A DNA stretch of 64,000 bases from Octopus sinensis (Eukaryota). How positions within the stretch are numbered: position 1 is the stretch's first letter; every line of letters starts with the position of its first letter. The notes beneath the pieces are model-generated. The model searched no databases. It was not told the origin of the DNA and saw only the letters and a program-made list of their open reading frames with translations. The stretch covers positions 22,816,001 to 22,880,000 of the forward strand of contig NC_043002.1 in NCBI RefSeq assembly GCF_006345805.1, written 5' to 3'. Shown here in pieces: positions 12,882 through 26,430 of the stretch. A program made the position numbers and the translations under genes.

Positions 12882-13325
12882 GTGTTATAAATGGATATGT
12901 GTTTGGGTCCGTGTGAATAGAATGGACGTTGCTTCCAATATTCACAACTTCACGTTAACAACTTTTATCTTTTCTGTCTGTCCGACTCAACAGAATAAGG
13001 TAAAATCTGTATCGTATCATTCTTCTTCTAGATCGGATTCTACTCACAACAACAACACCCACGCTGTCGACGACGACAACGACGATGACGATGATAATCA
13101 TGATGGGGCAATCTTCAGCCACAATATCAATCACACGCTACCATTTTAAAAAGTGTGATACATTATGGCTGAAAAATAAAGACTAAAACAAATAAAGATG
13201 TAATGACCCTATCTGCGTGAAAGACTTTCTAGAGTGTATTTCCTCGATCAGGATTGGCCAGGGGCTTAAATTAGTAGAACATCAACAACAACAGTAATAA
13301 TAATAAAAACAATCGCGTAGCTTAC

Positions 13326-13560
13326 CAGTCCGGCCTTTACGAACGAAATGCTAAAGTATAGCCATTTGGTGAAATGAAACATGGGTTAAGAAACGAAACA
13401 GCTAATACAGAACGCCGTGTAAGAGCCATTTGAGTCGGAGAACATACTGGTGGTCTCGCGCTGTTCAGACAGTCACGTGTTTACAGATTCACGTGTTTGT
13501 GAGAATAAAATGGAAGTTTGCTGTTGTTATTTTATTTCACTCACTGAACCAATGACAAAG
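13326..13560 (-). promoter_or_regulatory. Candidate promoter and non-coding first exon of the left gene
   Basis: Minus-strand donor CTG|gtaagc at 13326; CACGTG E-boxes at 13474-13479 and 13490-13495; CCAAT at 13549-13553; non-repetitive sequence. Confidence 0.35.
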
Positions 13561-14164
13561 CCTCTACGTGGTCGCTCGAACTCCTAGAAATAGCAACCAT
13601 ATCTTTTCAAAACATATAGTACTTTCTCTTTTATTTATTCATTTTATTTTAACACAGGACGTTATATTGGATAATGTAGTCCAAGGTTACTAAGTGTGAA
13701 AGAGATGACCTGGTCATAGCAAGAATGGCATTGATCATGGGTTTGTTCTGGTTGGTTTGACACTGACTAAACAACATCAACAATTAGTAATATAGTTCTT
13801 TTTTTTTTTTTTGGCATTCTTTCGATATAACTCGACAAAATCAAAACATATGACCGGTTATTTCCGTGGAAGCAAATGACAGTTCAATTCTGTTTTCTGC
13901 TTGGAAATTTGCGATTTTACTTACACACTTGAAACAGGTAAGAACAAATATGCAAGGCTTTTTTTTCTTCAAGTTTAAAATGAGACATTGCTGGTATAAT
14001 TTCGTTATATCTATACTCCACAACCCACGGAAATATCCGAAGTGAAATGTTTTGATTTTGTCGAGTTATATCGAAGGAATGCCTTTTTTTAATTTTTTAT
14101 TTGTCATCCGTCGTAACTGTTTCTCACATAAACACAAGGCCAACAGTTTTAGGAAGTGAGAGTT

Positions 14165-14405
14165 AGTCGATACCTATTTCTTTACTACCCACAAGGGGCT
14201 AAACACAGAGGCGACAAACAAGGATAGACACACGGATTAAGTCGATTACATCGACCCCAGTGCGTAACTGGTACTTATTTAATCGACCCCGAAAGGATGA
14301 AAGGTAAAGTCGACCTCGGCGGAATTTGAACTCAGAATGTAGCGGCAGACGAAATACCGCTAAGCATTTCGCCCGGTGTGCTAACGTTTCTGCCAGCTCG
14401 CCGCC
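14165..14405 (-). mobile_element. SINE family A (head gcggcgagctggcagaaacgttagc)
   Basis: Same sequence recurs at 18.3-19.2, 20.4, 23.9-24.4, 29.3 and 58.1-59.6 kb. Confidence 0.85.
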
Positions 14406-16226
14406 TTTATACCATTATACCTTTATAAGCATTCGATACCATTGACTCGAATGCTTGACTGATACATTTTATTTTATCAAACCCAGTGAATGAAAATTTA
14501 CGACGACCTCAGTAAGATTCGAATTGCAACATAAAGAACCGGAATGAATAGCAAAAAGGATGTTTCGTTCCGGTGCGCTGAGGATTCTGTGAAACCACAA
14601 CCTTTGTTAATAGTTCATAATATAGGCGCAAGGCCTAAAGAAATATGGAGACGAGTGTAAGTCGATATCACCGAGTTCAATATTTGACTGGTACTTTATT
14701 CTGTCGAGCCTAGAGGAATGAAAGTCAAAGATGACTTCGAGAAGATTTGAACTCAGAACGTAAAACGCCAGAACAAATAGCAGAGACATTTGGTCCAACG
14801 TTGTTACGATTCGGCCAATCAACCACCCTAAAGTTATTTCTTACGTAGGCACAAGACCGCAAATTTGAGAAGAAAGTCTATAATAACCCTCAGTACATCG
14901 CAGGTGCGGTATATTTTATCGATCGCAGTAGGATGAAAAGCAAAGTTGACAACGGTGGTTTTCGAACTTAGAAATTAAATTAATGTAACTAAACCCGATG
15001 AAACGAAATATTTTATCTAATGCTTAATTAGTTTTGCAATCCACCAGCTTTTTCCTAAGAATTATAATCATTTCTTACAAAGGTATACGGTCACAAATTT
15101 GGAGAGTGGGTGTGGTCCACTAAATTATCCTAGTATTTTATCGATCTTGGAAGATGAAATGTCAAGTTGACCCTAGCGGAATTTGAACGCAGAACAGCAG
15201 GGTTTTTCATGCGATTCTACTGATTATACCGAAGATTTCTAATATTATCCCAAGGTCACATATTTTGGAAAACAGGCAATTAAATCGATCCGAGGTTGGT
15301 TTGGGAATTATTTTATCAATTTCGAAGAAGTAAAAGAAAAAGATGAAATATCACCGAGATCGATTTTACCTTTCATAATTCGGTTGACGATAAAATAAGA
15401 ACTTGTCAAAAATGTGTGACTTTACGAGATGCTTATTATTGTTATGATGAAAGAGTGGTAGGACGATTGTGACGCTGTCGGATTTGCCTTTCATAATTTT
15501 AAGTATAATGAAATATCAGTCGTATTTATAATCGACTTTAATCGATAACAACACTGCGTCTTAGGATTCATTGACTTATTTGCTCATATTAGATATCTGA
15601 ATGACACAATAGTTGGAGCAAAAATGCTGAGGTACTGCTGACATAAGTTTACTTTAAACTAATTCCGGGTTCGATACTAACCTGTGTATTTACAGCATCT
15701 ATGCCGCTAGAATCATTAAGAATGTAATTGATCATCACATCATCTTCCTTATAAAAAGACTGATAAAGAGGAGTTTGTTCGTTATTTGCTTTACATAATG
15801 CAAATGATGATTTTAACTCATGCCTTTAGCAACTCAACTGGGGCTAAGGTCGCTACATTTAAAATCCTCAAGTTGTTGATAGATACCTTTAAAGCCAATA
15901 CTTGACATAGTGTAGAATCATTTCAATTAACATTCACTAATTGCAGACACAAGCCACTACTTGGCTCCTATTCTAAATTAGAAACCCCAGCATGATGCCC
16001 TTAATTTTCCGTTTAAAATGTTGCAAATCAACATCTGCAGAAAAAAACACGTTCTGGGAGAAGCTTCCAGAAGTGTTCTTCTTCTAGAGTCAGGAGACTC
16101 CTTCCCTAATTTTCCCCGCAAATTAGTAGCAAAGTAAGAACATGCTTAAATTCTTATTTTACTCACAGTGAAGCTTTCAAATATGTTTTAATTCTGATTT
16201 ACACTGTATAGGCATAACACAATGTG

Positions 16227-16280
<54 letters not shown>

Positions 16281-16412
16281 CAATAAAAATTGCAAATTAA
16301 TTGCAATAACGAAGACAATAGAAGCAGCAACAACAACTGGATAGTAGGTTTTAAAGTGTTTTTATTGTAACAGCGTACAGTAGTGTTTTAGTGCCATCAC
16401 AAGCTGGGATTG

Positions 16413-17399
16413 TTAAAAATCTCTGTTATAAGAAAATGGAAAGGCATTTATATTCTGAATAATGTGTGGTGATCCATATGATTGCTGAGATGTTGCCGGA
16501 CTACGAATATCAGTAAAGTTTACTTGGTGGAATTTGATAAGTCGATTCTCGTATCTCTCATTTAACGTAGAAGAATCTACCACGGGAAACATAGCCCTCT
16601 GATCAGGACAGTAATCGCTAGTAGAGAAAGAAACTACACTGATGTCGTTCGAATCCAGAGGAGTACCTGGGTGAAATGATGTCAAATAATCTCTCCCGTA
16701 GAGACCTGGAGAAGGTAATTTTGCGAAGCTCTGTGAATTTGTTAAAGAATTGTTGATTCGCTGATTGCTGTGTATGTCGATAGAACTTGTTAAACCGCTT
16801 TCTAATTGTGGAAATATCCAACCACTGGTGCCCATGTTTCGTTGCTTTGAGCGGTCATCGTCCCTGAGTGTAAAGATTGCTGTTGGTGTAATTTGATTTG
16901 GTGGTGATCTGATATCGTAGTCGCTAATGAAAATGTTATTTTTGGAAGATTTATTAGATTGTAAAACCTTTCTTTTATTCTGATTGCGTGAGTTACACGA
17001 AAATTTCGGTAAATTTGTTTTGATATATTGATCTTCCCTTGTATCTCTCATTTTGAAAAGCTCTTTTCTCGTCTTATCGTCTGCTATTTCAAAATCGCCT
17101 GATTTTTTATTATCGTCTGTTATCATAGAGTTGTTTCCTCCCTTAGATTGTTTAAAGTGCGTCTTATGTCCGCCACATTCATCGTTGTTAAACCGCTCCA
17201 GTTCGTACATAATGCTTGTCAAAACTACAGTCGGAATGAGCCGAGTTTCTATTGATTTTGGTTGAGATGAAGAGGAAAGATGTGTTGAACCACTTTGAGA
17301 AGGTGTCGGCGATTCTTTACAGATTTTGTCAACTCTACGTTCGGCAGACATTTTCTGTTTCCCGACAACTTCTTTCCGGCGTCGATTCTGGAACCAAAC
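16413..17399 (-). CDS. PRD-class homeobox gene, last exon (helix 3 VWFQNRRRK plus Ser/Asn-rich tail)
   Basis: Acceptor cgatttttcag|GTT TGG TTC CAG AAT CGA CGC CGG AAA at 17399; 987 nt open to TAA at 16415-16413; includes track ORF 16413..17351; AATAAA (minus) at 16361-16366. Confidence 0.92.
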   Translation of the reverse strand, partial: VWFQNRRRKEVVGKQKMSAERRVDKICKESPTPSQSGSTHLSSSSQPKSIETRLIPTVVLTSIMYELERFNNDECGGHKTHFKQSKGGNNSMITDDNKKSGDFEIADDKTRKELFKMRDTREDQYIKTNLPKFSCNSRNQNKRKVLQSNKSSKNNIFISDYDIRSPPNQITPTAIFTLRDDDRSKQRNMGTSGWIFPQLESGLTSSIDIHSNQRINNSLTNSQSFAKLPSPGLYGRDYLTSFHPGTPLDSNDISVVSFSTSDYCPDQRAMFPVVDSSTLNERYENRLIKFHQVNFTDIRSPATSQQSYGSPHIIQNINAFPFSYNRDF

Positions 17400-18279
17400 C
17401 TGAAAAATCGCAAAAGAGAAAAACAGTTCTGTCGTTTAATACAAGGTCACCACTGGTACAGCAATTGTGTCATCAAATACATTCCAATGAACATCCGACT
17501 TTTTTTTTAATATCAGATAGCCAATATGTCCTTTTTTTTTAAACGGTTAGATGTGACTCGGCTACGATTTCTGGCATGTTATTTGTTCACTCAGTGGTTC
17601 CCTTGTTGGCTTATACAGTTCCATGCTATAGAGTTAACAAATGTAGATTTCAAATTTTGGCACAAAGCCAGCAACTTGGGGGGAAGGGTAAGTCGATTAT
17701 ACCGACCCCAATGTTCAACTAGTACCTATTTTATTGACCTTGAAAGGATGAAAGGCAAAGTCGACCTCGGAGGAATTTAAACTCAGAAAGTAAAGACGAA
17801 CGAAATGCTGCTAAGCATTTTACCCGGCATGCCAACGGTTCTGCCAGCTTGCAGCCTTAGATTTAACAAATATCGAAAAATAAAAGATAAACTCTTGGAG
17901 ATCCAATTTTGTTATTCCATTTCACTTTACCGTTATCTCATCGCGCCCGTGACAACAACCACAGCTATGATTCAACGAGGTGGCTGCTATGTCGTCACAT
18001 AACCCACTAGAAACAGCAGCCAAATCGCTTTCAGGCCATATGTGACTGTCTTAAGAAATGAATGACACACTACATAAGCTTGTCCTAAATTCATATCGTC
18101 TGAAAAAATGCGAGGTCAAATCTGAAATGCCTTTCGTCCTACACCTGTTCAGTCAGGTCTGACCTGGACTAGGGAAAAATAAAAATAACAAAATCTAAGC
18201 CAACAGTAACAAAGACGGAAGACGCCACAGCAACAACAACAACCAAGGCCATTGTCTTAACAATATTCTTTTCTACTCT

Positions 18280-19190
18280 AAGCACAAAGGCCCGAAATTT
18301 TGGGGGAGGAGGCCTGTCGATTAGACCGACAACAGTATGCAACTGGTACTTAATTTATCGACCCCGAAAGAATGAAAGGCAAAGTCGACCTTGGCGCAAT
18401 TTGAACTCAGAACGTAGCGGCAGACGAAATACCTATTTCTTTACTACCCACAAGGGGCCAAACACAGAGAGGACAAACAAGGACAGACAAACGGATTAAG
18501 TCGATTATATCGACCCCAGTGCGTAACTGGTACTTATTTAATCGACCCCGAAAGGATGAAAAGAAAAGTCGACCTCGGCGGAATTTGAACTCAGAACGTA
18601 GCGGCAAATGAAATACCTATTTCTTTACTACCTACAAGGGGCTAAACACAGAGAGGACAAACGAGGACAGACAAACAAGTTAAGTCGATTATATCGACCC
18701 TAGTGCGTAACTGACAGGCGTAACGGCAGACGAAATACCTATTTCTTTATTACCCACAAGGGGCTAAACACAGAGGGGACAAACAAGGACAGACATAGGT
18801 ATTAAGTCGATTACATCGACCCCAGTGCGTAACTGGTACTTAATTTATCGATCCCGAAAGGATGAAAGGCAAAGTCGACCTCGGCGGAATTTGAACTCAC
18901 AACGTAACGCAGACGAAATACCGCTAAGCATTTCGCCCGGCGTGCTAACGTTTCTTATTTCTTTACTACCCACAAGGGGCTAAACATAGAGGGGACAAAC
19001 AAGGACAGACAAAGGGATCAAGTCGATTACATCGACCCCAGTGCGTAACTGGTACTTATTTAATCGACCCCGAAAGAATGAAAGGTAAAGTCGACCTCGG
19101 CGGAATTTGAACTCCGAACGTGGCGGCAGACGAAATACCGCTAAGCATTTCGCTCGGTGTGCTAACGATTCTACTAGCTCACCGCCTTTG
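18280..19190 (-). mobile_element. Tandem cluster of family A SINEs in the homeobox intron
   Basis: About five units of ~130-190 bp, several joined at gaaatacc|tatttcttta. Confidence 0.85.
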
Positions 19191-19524
19191 TAGCTTCATC
19201 TTACTCAGTCTTGACCTGGGTCAAAACAACAACAACAACAACAACAGCAGCAGCTTACAAGGTCCATACATTCGGTTTCTATACAGACTTAACCGGGGCT
19301 AAACAATGACTTACATTCTTCATACAGCAAATCACATTTTCACAGCCAAGCGTGACCTATGGCTAAATAACAACAGCCTACAGACCTTATCTGGGGCTAA
19401 ACAACGATAATAACATCATGAATATCTGGACATCAGCCTGTTGCCTTTATAGATCTTCTCGCTCACACTTGACCTGGGGCTAAATGAAACTAATAACAAA
19501 CGCTCTAAGGTAAAACTGTCTCAC

Positions 19525-19750
19525 CTTCACCTGTTCTCGGTTGATGCCGACTCGTCTGGCAATGATCTGTTTCTGGATGCTGTTTGGGTAGCGAAGTCTC
19601 TCAAATATTCCGTTGAGTAACTGAAGCTGGTGACGGGTGTAGCTGAGTCTCTCCCTTGGTGACAGAACGAGGAAATCTAGTGGAGGAAGAAGGAAGAACG
19701 ACGATGTCAATGGTGAATGTGGTGATGATGGTGGTGGTGGTGTTTTGTTG
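19525..19750 (-). CDS. PRD-class homeobox gene, homeodomain exon (residues 1-46)
   Basis: SPRERLSYTRHQLQLLNGIFERLRYPNSIQKQIIARRVGINREQVK, then donor AAG|gtgaga at 19525 (phase 0, between HD codons 46/47). 5' boundary uncertain: candidate acceptors at 19755, 19750 or 19676. Confidence 0.88.
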
Positions 19751-19805
19751 CTGCGCTAAAAGAGCGTCGACGTCAACTTGTATCCCCTCTAGCTATTCTC
19801 TAGAG

Positions 19806-20158
19806 CAGTAGTTCTTAACTGCGGTCCATATAGTCCCTGAAGTTCCATATAAGACTTTTGGGGGTCCACGCAACTATATGGTAAAATGGGGATCCACAAT
19901 ATTATTTCAAGAGGCCCTTCAAAACAATGTTGCTTTAAATGTATGTATTAGTATGTATTGCAACAAAAAACAACTTGGTTTCTTTCTCTGATATTTTACA
20001 TAGTTCAACCTACACAAGTTGATGTGTGAAAAACAAAATAGGAATCTTGAAGGAAATATCTATAAATCTAGTTTTTAAACCTCGAACGGTTATGGGGTCC
20101 ACCAGAATAAAATAGTAATCAAAGGAGTACATGTATGAAAAATGTTTGAGAATCCCTG
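19806..20158. mobile_element. hAT (Charlie-like) MITE
   Basis: CAGTAGTTCTTAAC...GTTTGAGAATCCCTG TIRs; 8-bp TSD CTCTAGAG at 19798-19805 and 20159-20166. Confidence 0.9.
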
Positions 20159-20276
20159 CTCTAGAGGAAATCACTTGGTACTGACTATATTCTTGTTAAT
20201 GTTCTATCGCAGTTGATTGTGCCAGTTTTCTAAAAGGGAAACAAATCACTCGAAGTGAATTGCCGACCGATCTCAC

Positions 20277-20287
20277 TTGCCTCTCAT
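20277..20287 (-). CDS. Possible start exon of the homeobox gene (ATG AGA GGC AA)
   Basis: Donor AA|gtgaga, phase 2, compatible with acceptor gcgcag|C at 19750, giving MRGNNKTPPPPSS...; speculative. Confidence 0.25.
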
Positions 20288-20691
20288 ATCAACAAATTAT
20301 TTGAGAGATTAGTGAGATCCTGACTAACTCACTAACTTGGAAAGAAATAGTCTTCGTATTTCCAACCAACATGGTTTCTGTAATGGCAGGAACTGCTTAA
20401 CATATCTTCTGCATCACTTTGATGCCATTTTAAAGACTCTAAGGCGGCGAGCTGGCCGAAACGTTAGCACGCCGGGCGAAATGCTTAGCGGCATTTCGTC
20501 TGTCTTTACGTTCTGAGTTCAAATTCCGCCGAGGTCGACTTTGCCTTTCATAAATTAAGCACTGAGGTCGATCTTTGTAAGCCTAGTACTTATTCTATCG
20601 GTCTCTTTTGCCGAACCGCTCTGTTACGGGGACGCAAACACACCAGCATCGGTTGTCAAGCGATGTTGGGGGGACTAACACATACACACAA

Positions 20692-20722
<31 letters not shown>

Positions 20723-21962
20723 TATATACGACGGGCTTCTTTCAGTTTCCGTCTACCAAATCCACTCACAAGGCTTTGGTCGACCCGAGGCTATAGTAGA
20801 AGACACTTGCCCAAGATGCCACGCAGTGGGGCTGAACCCGAAACCATGTGGTTGGTAAGCAAACTACTTACCACACAGCCACTCCTGCTCGTGTACATTG
20901 CATTTACGGAGGTGTCTTTAACAATATTTAGTAGTTAAAGTTTATCATTATTAGCTCTGGTCAGTTCTAGAGGACATTCTGTCATAAATCGCAATTTTTG
21001 AACTAGATAAATATTGACTGTTTTGAAAACGTGTTGTTAATTTTTTTATTTCGTTTTTTTGCATTTCCCATCTATATCATTCATTGATTTTTCATACACA
21101 TTCGCATTTGACACAATAGTTTCAAAAAAGAAAAACTAAAATGTTGATTATTGCAATTGAAAAGAAAAGGATAAATATGCTTTTTTTCAGCGATCCCCAT
21201 TTAGGACTTTTCGAAAATGTTATAATAATTTCCAAAATAATTCACATATGAAGAAAATTTAAATACTATAAATTATTTTATAGCCAAGCCAAAAAACATG
21301 AATACAAAATTTAGCAGTTAATGGGTTAAATTTTTCCTGAAATCATGCTAATATTTTCCATAATACTGCTAAAATTACAATAATCAGATCTGTTGTAATA
21401 ACTATTGTACTTATGGGAATATCCAATATTTTTAAATCTTTCTGGTGCAGCTGAAAGTAACAACTTTCTTGACATATGACGTATGCAAAATTTAGACTCT
21501 CTACATGCAAAGCTGTAGGCTACAACGTGGATCGTATTTGAAATTTTCCAATATAAAGATATAATTAGCGTTTAGATTCATCTTTCGAATGTCGAAGAAA
21601 AATACAAGTTTGCAAATATTGGGATCGATTGACCCGATAAGGGCTTTGAAGTAGGGGCTGCGTAATTATGAAACTCTCCAATGACTGAAAACATTGCGAT
21701 GTGTTGTGTATATTACATGCGTATTTATGTGTGCGCGTGTATGTGTATGTATGTATGTGTGTGTATGTGTGTGTGTATGTGTGTGTTTACATATACATAT
21801 ATACACATACATATATATAACACACACACACACACATCTATGTATACACACACACACACACACATATATATATGTATATACATATGTATTGAAATATAAA
21901 TATACGTGTGTTTTATATATATATATGTATGTATATATACATATATGTGTTATATATATAAG

Positions 21963-21999
<37 letters not shown>

Positions 22000-22785
22000 T
22001 GTGTGTGTGTGTTATATATATATATATACACACACACACAAACATTTTCAGATATACATTTATACATATACAAGTACACATATATATGCGTATGTGTGTA
22101 AATATGTGTGTGTTATATATATATATATATATATATATATGAGCGACAGACATATATATATATATATGTTTGCATATATATCTGTATGTATGAACACGCA
22201 CACACACATGAGCGTATGCACAAACAAGCATACACACAAAGGTATGCGTAGAAAATAATGAAAACCCCCACACTCAGTAAAACACACAAAAGAGCAATGA
22301 TGCATAGGGAACTTGTGGATTTTCATACCTGCTTGGTCTTTTTCCATTGTCGTTCCCATCTAGCCTCTTCTTCTTCTTCTTTTTCTTCTTTTTCTTCTTT
22401 TTCTTCTTCTTCTACTTCTACTTCTTCTTTTCTCCTTCTTCCTCTTCTTCTCACTGCCCAGCCACAGACGTCAATCTCCTACCTGGCCAAATGCAACAAT
22501 AGTTGATAATAGACTAAGCTCCTGGCAACATCTTCTGGTCGCTAGCCAACTTCCGCTCGGCCAAAACACCTAACGGCGTTTGTCGCTGACCCGAGATTAC
22601 GACCGGAAGATTTGGAATGCAATGGTGAAAAGAGAAGGGGGGAGAATTAAAGTGAGGAGGTGGGGGTAAGGTTGGGTGAAGGGACCAGGGGTTAGGGAAA
22701 AGGAAGGAAAACAAAAGTTTACAGATTTACTTACCTATCTTCTGTTAAAAAGAATGTTTATGTGCATGTATGTGTATATATATAT

Positions 22786-22825
<40 letters not shown>

Positions 22826-22848
22826 TATACACATATTATATATACATG

Positions 22849-22924
<76 letters not shown>

Positions 22925-23277
22925 CGTGTATATTTGTGTATATGGATATATAGACACACATGTATACACAGGTTCACCACATATATAGTGTGTGGGGAGT
23001 GTATTCGTATATGCACAGATACATAAGGTAATACTTCGATATACGTATTCATTTGTTTCCGGAGAGCACTCGTAAAACGAAATCTCGTAAAGCAGAGCAA
23101 TAATTTCCCATAGTAGCAATGTTATAAATTGTAATCCGTTCCCAGAAAAATATTTTACCAATAAATTTTATAATATCCCTAAATAAATGGCAATAAAACA
23201 ACAGTAGAATGTAAAGAATATTTTATGAAGTAAAAAGAACGTCAAGATTATTTATCAGTTATTATTAATATTATTAC

Positions 23278-23374
<97 letters not shown>

Positions 23375-23425
23375 GTTGTTGTTGTTGTTGTTGTTATTAT
23401 TATCATCATTATTATTATATTATTA

Positions 23426-23469
<44 letters not shown>

Positions 23470-23473
<4 letters not shown>

Positions 23474-23660
23474 CGTTTTCTGAATCACTCTCATTCACAC
23501 TAGACACGCACACACCATCGATTGTAGATGCTATCACCGATTCACAAGCACTCGTAGACTGACTTGTAGATTTCTTTTTTAAAAAAGGAAACAAGTCTAG
23601 AGTTGTTTGCTTAAAAGAAGCTCTTTTTCGTTCTCTATAAATTTTTCGGTAACACACAGA
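23470..23660 (-). mobile_element. Tigger/pogo transposase C-terminal remnant
   Basis: CYRKIYRERKRASFKQTTLDLF resembles the TIGD/Tigger C-terminal CYREI..E.K....QT.L..F motif. Confidence 0.55.
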
Positions 23661-23934
23661 AGTATTTATGATAGTAGAAACTGTTGCACTTCGTTCAAAA
23701 TTCGGATCTTGTGTTTGAAAAATAAAACTCGTAAACTGGAGATCTCGTAATGTGAGGTATTACTGTATGTAATCACACACACATGTATTATTGCATATAT
23801 ACATCGACATCCCATTATTATGAATGTATAAACATATACAGACACGCGCACTCACACGTCCACACACACACACACACACACATGACAATGAGTAAAGATG
23901 ACTAATCCTGGGTAGCCAATGGCATACATTCTTA

Positions 23935-24410
23935 TTTCTTTATTGCCCACAAGGGGCTAAACATATAGGGGACAAACAAGGACAGGCAAACGGATTAAGT
24001 CGATTACATCGACCCCTTTGTGTAACTGGTACTTATTTAATCGACCCAGAAAGGATGAAAGGCAAAGTCGACCTCGGCGGAATTTGGACTCAGAATGTAG
24101 CGGCAGACGAAATACCTATTTCTTTACTACCCTCAAGGGGCTAAACACAGAGGGGACAAACAAGGACAGACAAACTGATTAAGTCGATTATATAGACCCC
24201 AGTGCGTAACTGGTACTTTCTTTACTACCTTCAATGGGCTAAACACAAAGGGGACAAACAAGGACAGACAGACGGATTAAGTCGATTATATCGATCCCAG
24301 TACGTAACTGGTACTTAATTTATCGACCCCGAAAGGATGAAAGGCAAAGTCGAAATACCGCAAAGCATTTCGCCCGGCGCGCTAACGTTTCTGCCAGCTC
24401 GCCGCCTTAA
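23935..24410 (-). mobile_element. Family A SINE tandem cluster
   Basis: Three partial units of the family A sequence. Confidence 0.8.
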
Positions 24411-25987
24411 ATATATGCGTGAATATATGCATAGATGTATGCATGAATATATTCAGATGCATGACGAATAAGGATATATTGCAAAACAAATAAATCGCTT
24501 ATTTGCAATCAGTATTAACTTTAAATGCGAACAGAAGATAACCTTCATAATTATGAACTCTCCCAAATTGGTATGCCATAAGGGAAAAGATAGTCTAGTT
24601 GTTTTGAGACAAGAAGACAAACTATTTATTGAGGAATTTCCTATAACCAACTGGATAAACTATCTTATTTCCAGTAGGTATGCAATATTCTGAAAATATG
24701 ATCATATAAATAAACATACAGATATTCACCAACATTAAAACTCTTATGAATAAAAACCAGTGTTTACAAGTGTTTAACACATAAAATCCAATTTTCCGCA
24801 CTTGATTAGACACAAATATTACATGTTCTGTGCATGATAAACAGATAAAGATCTGTGATGCTTTTTCAAACGTTTCCGAGCAACTAATCACACCGCTGAG
24901 TTCTGTTGGTTAGTCATATTTCGATGTGCTTATGTTTATTTTTGCATATATATTGTCACGTTGCTTCCTTCCTTATTTTAATACTTTAAACAACTGGAAA
25001 CATGAAATTAATATACCATTGAAGACGCTTCGGTGTCTATTAATAATAATGTTTGACAATATAGACAGAATGCCAATAATTTTAGGATAGGGGGTCCTAA
25101 TCGGTTACAGTAACGTACTTGAGTGATACTTCATTTTTCATCGACCTCGAATTATCGACAGTGGAGGGCTATAAAATTAGAATTTACATCGGTAGAATTT
25201 GAAAACAGGTCGTATGTAGTGGGAATAAATACTACAAGATATATCATCTTCGATCCTATTTTACCGCCACTCCTTTCAATTTCTATTAAAAAAATCCATT
25301 CTGCTATAGGTGCAAGACCTGAAAATTTGGTGACGGGCTCTAACTGATGTCGTTGACCCCCAGTACTTGACTGATACTTCACGACCCCGAAAAGGTGAAA
25401 GATAAAGTCGAGCTTGGTGGAATTTGAACTCAGAATGTCAACTAAACTGACATTACCTCGGTTACGACACGATGATGAGTGCTTCAGATGATCTGATCAA
25501 CGGAACAGCCTGCTCGTGAAATTAGCGTGCAAGTGGCTGAGCACTCCACAGAAACACGAACCATTGATACAGATTTCAGAGAGACGCAGCGTAACACAGA
25601 ATATGACAACATTGGCTCAATGAGCCACCGGAAATCGAACTCAAGGCCTTACCAACCCAAGCCGAACACCCTAACTAATAAGCCATGCGCTTTCACACTC
25701 AGAATGTAAAGGCGAACGAAATGCCGCTAAGAATTTTATCCGGCATGCCAACGAGTCTGCCAGCCTGCAACATTTCTAATGATAATAATAATGATGGTTT
25801 CCAATACTGGGACAAGGCCGGCAATTTCGGTGAAAGAGTAAGTCGATTACATCGACTCCGGGGCTCAACTGTTCCTTATTGTATCCACCTCAAAGGGATG
25901 AAAGGCAAAATGAACCTCGGCAGAACTTGAAAAGCTGCAAAGCATTTTGCCTGGCGTGCTAACGATCTTACTAGCTCGCCGCTTTTC

Positions 25988-26024
<37 letters not shown>

Positions 26025-26430
26025 CTCTTTTACTCTCTTTTACTTGTTTCAGTCATGTGACTGTGGCCATGCTGGAGCACCGCCTTTAGTCGAGCAAATT
26101 GACCCCAGGACTTATTCTTTGTAAGCCTAGTATTTATTCTATCGGTCTCTTTTGACGAACCGCTAAGTTACGGGGACGTAAACACACCAGCGTCGGTTGT
26201 CAAGCGATGTTAGGGGGACAAACACAGACACAAACACATACACACACACATATATATATATATACATATATATGGCCTTCTTTCAGCTTCCGTCTACCAA
26301 ATCCACTCACAAAGCTTTGGTCGGCCCAAGTCTATAGTAGAAGACACTTGCCCAAGGTGCCACGCAGCGGGACTGAACCCGGAACCATGTGGTTGGGAAG
26401 CAAGCTACTTACCACACAGCCACTCCTACA
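26025..26430 (-). mobile_element. tRNA-derived SINE (same family as 3185-4735)
   Basis: Full body with internal CA/TA microsatellite. Other copies at ~20580-20885, 29785-30140 (+) and 55425-55840. Confidence 0.85.

Noticed and set aside
22735-22741. 7-nt minus-strand micro-exon (aacag|AAGATAG|gtaagt) and a donor at 22483
   Set aside because: No consistent reading frame links them to the homeobox exon; they could be UTR exons but are unsupported.
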